A stretch of 39,622 nt of DNA from a virus (taxonomy: Duplodnaviria > Caudoviricetes): IMG/VR virus record IMGVR_UViG_3300037478_000532, positions 1 through 39,622 of that record; one strand, 5' to 3'. Below are positions 35,805 through 39,622 of this stretch, in pieces; positions within the stretch are counted from its first letter, which is position 1, and every line of letters begins with the position of its first letter. The translations under genes and the position numbers were made by a program. The notes below the pieces were generated by a model. It was given only the letters and a program-made list of their open reading frames with translations. It was not told the origin of the DNA and did no database searches.

Positions 35805-36450
35805 GACATGGCACCGCCTGCACCGTCGCGACCATATCGCGGAACGCCTGCGATTTCCTCATGGCGTGCCACACCGCCTTGTCCTCGTGACGCCGCGCCT
35901 TCTGGCGGCGCTTGGGTTCGTCCCACGAACTTTCCGGTTCGCCGCGCACGCGGTCGGTCAGCCGGATCGTGTGCCGGCGCAGATACACCAAACGACCGCT
36001 GGCGCGCGCGAGCTTGCGCCAGTATTGATCGAGCCCGTAGTGCTGCAACCCGGCCGGGCCGACGTCGCCGACCGCGCGCAACAGCGTGCCGCAGATTGCC
36101 GGCATGCAGTACCGGCCGCGGCCGTCGTCGCAATAGGCGATGCGGCCCGGCATGCATGCCTCGATCAGCGCCACGTCCCATCCGCGGGTGAGCGGCTCGC
36201 AGTCGTCGACCAGCATCCCGTACCATTGCAAATCCGGAAATGCGCGGAACGCGAACCTGACCTTGTCGACACAGCCGATCGATTCGCCGGGCCGCACCAG
36301 GATTTCGGCGCCGGTTGCGTGATATTCCGACGTGCACGGCTCGGTCTCGTCGATCACGACGACAATGCGTGTCTGTGTTTTCGTCGCGGCGCATGCCGCC
36401 AGAAAGCGGCGCAGCTTGTGCGGCCTTTGACGCGATGGCACGATCCACAT
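35797..36450 (-). CDS. GT-A glycosyltransferase (GT2-like)
   Basis: IVPSRQRP, VIDE, VDDC, GWD, HYGLD. Confidence 0.7.
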   Translation of the reverse strand: MWIVPSRQRPHKLRRFLAACAATKTQTRIVVVIDETEPCTSEYHATGAEILVRPGESIGCVDKVRFAFRAFPDLQWYGMLVDDCEPLTRGWDVALIEACMPGRIAYCDDGRGRYCMPAICGTLLRAVGDVGPAGLQHYGLDQYWRKLARASGRLVYLRRHTIRLTDRVRGEPESSWDEPKRRQKARRHEDKAVWHAMRKSQAFRDMVATVQAVPCHV

Positions 36451-37044
36451 TCAGCGGGTCCAGATCACGCCGATGCCGCGCCGGATCGGATCGACCGATA
36501 TCGTCTGAGCGCGGCGGGCTTTTGAGAGTTCATCGAACAGCGCGCCGGGCCCGGTCAGCCGGCGGCCGTCGCTGCACACATCGTGGAACGCGACGACGCG
36601 CCCCATCGCGCCGTAGTTAAACCAATCGGCATCGACGTCGTCCCTGGAATGTCCGGCGTCGATGAAAACCGCGTCGTAGGGTCCGCGAAGCATGGCGAGT
36701 TGCCGCGTCTCCATCGCGCGGCTGTCGCCCAGGATCACGCTGGCCTTTTGCCCGCGCGAGCGCAGATCGTCCACACAACGCTGCAACCGCTCGCGCTTGA
36801 ACGCGCTGTCCTCGCGGCGTTTGCTGCGGCCCGGCTCGTGCACGAAAGACCGACCCCAATCGACGCCGACGATCGTCGATCCCTGCGGCAGCGCGCAGCC
36901 GACCGCGTGCATGGTGTCGCCGTAACGGCAACCGACCTCCATGTAGGACCGTACGCCTTCGGCTGTCAGCAGTTCGATGAACCTGGCGAGTTCGTCCTGA
37001 TACTGCGGCCACGACTCGCCTGAGAAGCCGACGGCGTCCTTCAC
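36451..37044 (-). CDS. SAM methyltransferase (Methyltransf_24-like)
   Basis: YMEVGCRYG, GDS, FIDAGH, VAFHD. Confidence 0.85.
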   Translation of the reverse strand: MKDAVGFSGESWPQYQDELARFIELLTAEGVRSYMEVGCRYGDTMHAVGCALPQGSTIVGVDWGRSFVHEPGRSKRREDSAFKRERLQRCVDDLRSRGQKASVILGDSRAMETRQLAMLRGPYDAVFIDAGHSRDDVDADWFNYGAMGRVVAFHDVCSDGRRLTGPGALFDELSKARRAQTISVDPIRRGIGVIWTR

Positions 37045-37045
37045 G

Positions 37046-37633
37046 TTACGGCCCGTTCCATATCAAACCGATGCCGCGGCGGTGGTTGCTGGTCGAGATG
37101 ATTTTCGAGCGGTGGTCGATGGCGAGACCGAGATAGAGCTCGCGCACGCCCCATTCCGGCAACCGGTTCATCACGTCGTGGAACGCGACGATGCGCGCCA
37201 TCGGCCCGTAGTTGTGCCAATCGGAGGTCGCGCCTTCGCTGGTGTGGTCGGCGTCGATCAGCAAGGCGTCGAACGGACCAAGGAATCTTGCCGCCACGAT
37301 CGTGGCCGCGTCGCGGCTGTTGCCGATCACCAGATGCGCGTCGCGGCCCGCCTCACGCAAAGACGCCACCGCGCGGACGAGATAGGGCTCGCTGCCCTGA
37401 ATCCTGTAGGACAACCCGCCGGTCTTGATGCCGGGCAGATCGACCCCGACGATGCGCGAGCCTTCCGGCAATGTCATCCCGACTTTGTGCAGCGTATCGC
37501 CCCAGCGGCAACCCACTTCGAGATACGATGTTGCGCCTTCGGCACGCAGCAATTCGACGAAGGCGGCCAATTCCTGCGGGTCTTGATTCAGGCGTTTGCC
37601 GGACAGCCCGTCGGCTCTTTCACTACCGCGCAA
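37046..37633 (-). CDS. SAM methyltransferase (Methyltransf_24-like), paralogue
   Basis: YLEVGCRWG, GNS, LIDADH, VAFHD. Confidence 0.85.
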   Translation of the reverse strand: MRGSERADGLSGKRLNQDPQELAAFVELLRAEGATSYLEVGCRWGDTLHKVGMTLPEGSRIVGVDLPGIKTGGLSYRIQGSEPYLVRAVASLREAGRDAHLVIGNSRDAATIVAARFLGPFDALLIDADHTSEGATSDWHNYGPMARIVAFHDVMNRLPEWGVRELYLGLAIDHRSKIISTSNHRRGIGLIWNGP

Positions 37634-38276
37634 GCTCGCCCTCCAGGTCCGCGATGCGAAAGCACTTCAGCGCGCTGCCGGGCGTGCAGTTGACGATCTC
37701 GACCGTGTCGGGCAGCGCCTTCGCCGCCTCGTCGAACGTCGGCACCCAACTTTCGAACCGCGCGGTGTTGTCGAGCGGCTTCGGATGATTGCCGAAGAAG
37801 TGCCTTCCGTTCCTGGCGTGCATATCGAAACCGACCAGCACGATCGCGCCGACAAATCCCAGCCGGTGCAGTGTCCAGTTGATCGTCTGAAACCCGCTGC
37901 TGAAGCCGTAATGCACCAGCGCCGGATCGCGTGAAAACTCCGGCGCGTACTTTCCGGACACCAGCCGCAGCCCGTATTTCTCAGCGACCCTGGTCTTCTC
38001 GTTTTCCGGCTGGCCGTGACCCAATGGCTTGACACCGTGACTGCTCCACTTTTCCCCGGCAAAGTCAGCACAGCCCTTGTGCAAATCCCACCACTTGCCG
38101 TCGCAGGCATACAGTGCATCGGCGAACGGCATCGGCCGGTAGGCGTCATTGACCGCCATGACCTTGTGCGTCCCGCGCTCGTGCGCGGCGCGGCACAGGT
38201 CGGTGACGGCGGTCGTCAACGACGGTCCGGTCGCTGCCACGATGCAGCGCTGCCCCGCCCATCGGGGCTCGATCAT
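37623..38276 (-). CDS. Maf/DUF115-like (CstII-type fold) transferase
   Basis: ATGPSL, AVND, YACD, SSG, LVGFDM, HFFG, IVNCT. Confidence 0.7.
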   Translation of the reverse strand: MIEPRWAGQRCIVAATGPSLTTAVTDLCRAAHERGTHKVMAVNDAYRPMPFADALYACDGKWWDLHKGCADFAGEKWSSHGVKPLGHGQPENEKTRVAEKYGLRLVSGKYAPEFSRDPALVHYGFSSGFQTINWTLHRLGFVGAIVLVGFDMHARNGRHFFGNHPKPLDNTARFESWVPTFDEAAKALPDTVEIVNCTPGSALKCFRIADLEGELAR

Positions 38277-38299
38277 CTCCAGCACGGCGGGGTGCGCGA

Positions 38300-38689
38300 T
38301 CAGGCAGCCGCGATCACGGCGATCTTTTCGCCTTCGACCACCGCCAATTCCAGCACCTCGTTCTCCAGCATGTAGTGACTGCCGACCACAACGGCCGGAC
38401 TGGCGTCGAAGCCCACCTGGGCGATCGGCGACGCCAGCACCGGCGGCGAGCCGACATAGGTTTCCGGTCCGACCGCGACCCAGCATGCCGCGCCGGCGCG
38501 CAGCACCACCGCGTCGTCCTTGGCGTTGGCGCCGAACTCGCTGAAGACCGACTCCGATCCGATCGCCATGCGCAGGCTGCGCACGCCTGAGCCGCGGGTC
38601 GCCTTCCAGGAAGCCAGCGTATCGGCTGCACTACCGGAGCCCTTGAGCGGAGGACGCTTGCGCACGAACGAGACGACGAGATCGGCCAT
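38300..38689 (-). CDS. probable virion structural protein
   Basis: AAGG RBS; follows connector; contains GSPP/ASP motifs. Confidence 0.65.
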   Translation of the reverse strand: MADLVVSFVRKRPPLKGSGSAADTLASWKATRGSGVRSLRMAIGSESVFSEFGANAKDDAVVLRAGAACWVAVGPETYVGSPPVLASPIAQVGFDASPAVVVGSHYMLENEVLELAVVEGEKIAVIAAA

Positions 38690-38713
38690 TGGATTCGCCT
38701 TTCGATGTGTCGG

Positions 38714-39085
38714 TTAGGCAAGCGCCGGATCGCGCAGGCGCATCAGCAGCAAGGTTATGACGCCCGTCGGCGCCATGTAGTCGGCCAGCGTTCGATCCTT
38801 GTCGGCGTCGTAAAGGGCATCGAGCGCCAGCAGGATCGCGGCCTGGATATTCAGCGTGTCGTTGTCGCTGAAACGCGGCGGCGATCCGCTCCATATTGGA
38901 GGCGAACCGCCATAGACCGCCGCGGTTTTCAGATAATTCAGGACGATCGCTTCGGCCTGGGCGATCTTCATCTCGACGTCCGGCACCCGTGGATCGTCGA
39001 ACGCCGGCGGGCTCCCAGATGTCGTCAGGGTCAATCGCAGGTGATGATTGGCCTGCTCAAGCGTGACCAGCGGCATCGCCGTCAA
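38714..39085 (-). CDS. head-tail connector (HK97 gp6-like)
   Basis: LVTLEQANHHLR, AILL, RDPALA. Confidence 0.85.
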   Translation of the reverse strand: MTAMPLVTLEQANHHLRLTLTTSGSPPAFDDPRVPDVEMKIAQAEAIVLNYLKTAAVYGGSPPIWSGSPPRFSDNDTLNIQAAILLALDALYDADKDRTLADYMAPTGVITLLLMRLRDPALA

Positions 39086-39621
39086 GCCTCAACCCGCTGC
39101 GGATTCGGGCGCGCGTCCTTGCCGTCGCGTCCGGCCTTCACCGCCAGCCGCCAATCTCCGCCCTCGCCGGGTTTTTGTTCGGTCTCGCGCTGCGCAATCC
39201 ACCACGATCCCTTGCAGGTGACGCCGTCGCTGCGCTGATATTTCTTCGGCTTCCATACGCCGCGGTCGAGCACGATTGGAATCTCGAAGGCGAATTCCTT
39301 TTGACGGTCGCCGCGGACGAACTTGATCGTTAGGCCGCGCTCGCCGTCGTAGGCGACGGTCATGTCGTCAAAGCCGAAACCATCTTTGCCGTTGGCACCC
39401 TTCTCGCCGTCGCGACCGGGAACGCCAGCCTGACCGTCGCGGCCCGCAGCGCCGTCCTTGCCGTCGAGGCCCGGCTCGCCCTTCTCGCCGCGCAGGCCCG
39501 GAGCGCCGTCCTTGCCGTCGACGCCGTCGCGGCCGTCAACGCCCTTCTCGCCGCGCTCGCCCGGAGCGCCGTCCTTGCCGTCGACGCCGTCGCGGCCGTC
39601 AACGCCCTTCTCGCCGCGCTC
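39082..39621 (-). CDS. collagen-like head-associated protein (5' truncated by window edge)
   Basis: Uninterrupted G-X-Y frame (ERGEKGVDGRDGVDGKDGAPG x2) in frame with GFGFDD...DRGVWK...WRLAVK. Confidence 0.85.
   Translation of the reverse strand, partial: ERGEKGVDGRDGVDGKDGAPGERGEKGVDGRDGVDGKDGAPGLRGEKGEPGLDGKDGAAGRDGQAGVPGRDGEKGANGKDGFGFDDMTVAYDGERGLTIKFVRGDRQKEFAFEIPIVLDRGVWKPKKYQRSDGVTCKGSWWIAQRETEQKPGEGGDWRLAVKAGRDGKDARPNPQRVEA
39496..39621 (-). repeat. 63-bp tandem repeat in the collagen region
   Basis: Two identical 21-codon units. Confidence 0.8.
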
Positions 39622-39622
39622 G

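Noticed and set aside
39360-39602. 80-aa Ala/Thr/Arg-repeat ORF in the track
   Set aside because: Wrong frame; the G-X-Y collagen frame is continuous with 39082-39363.

Overview
GC-rich temperate siphovirus (or its excised/circular form) of an alphaproteobacterial host, probably Hyphomicrobiales/Rhizobiales by gene content. From left to right it has six parts. (1) A leftward operon with cro, a stand-alone NUMOD3 protein, a 370-bp MITE-like cassette (26-bp TIRs, 8-bp TSD, passenger gene) and an array of tRNA-sized structured RNAs around a tRNA-Gly(TCC). (2) A cI/cro switch with five GAATTC-core operators. (3) A rightward early region of small ORFs containing xis/int and an apparently intact attP; many gene junctions share a TGAC-N7-AA(C/G)GGG motif. 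(4) A convergent lysis module. (5) The tail module: SGNH/SASA esterase, fibre, hub, distal tail, tape measure, chaperone with a -1 frameshift, and major tail protein. (6) Head-tail genes split by a ~6.2-kb cluster of glycosyltransferases, methyltransferases and a kinase. The best candidate for an undescribed system is this cluster together with a recurrent (G/A/T)-S-P-P motif in most outer virion proteins but not the tape measure, suggesting sequon-directed virion O-glycosylation. Also notable are two accessory cassettes about 20 kb apart that share an identical 16-bp sequence, tandem 17-bp operators and a terminal HTH gene. All family assignments come from motif recognition by eye, not database searches.
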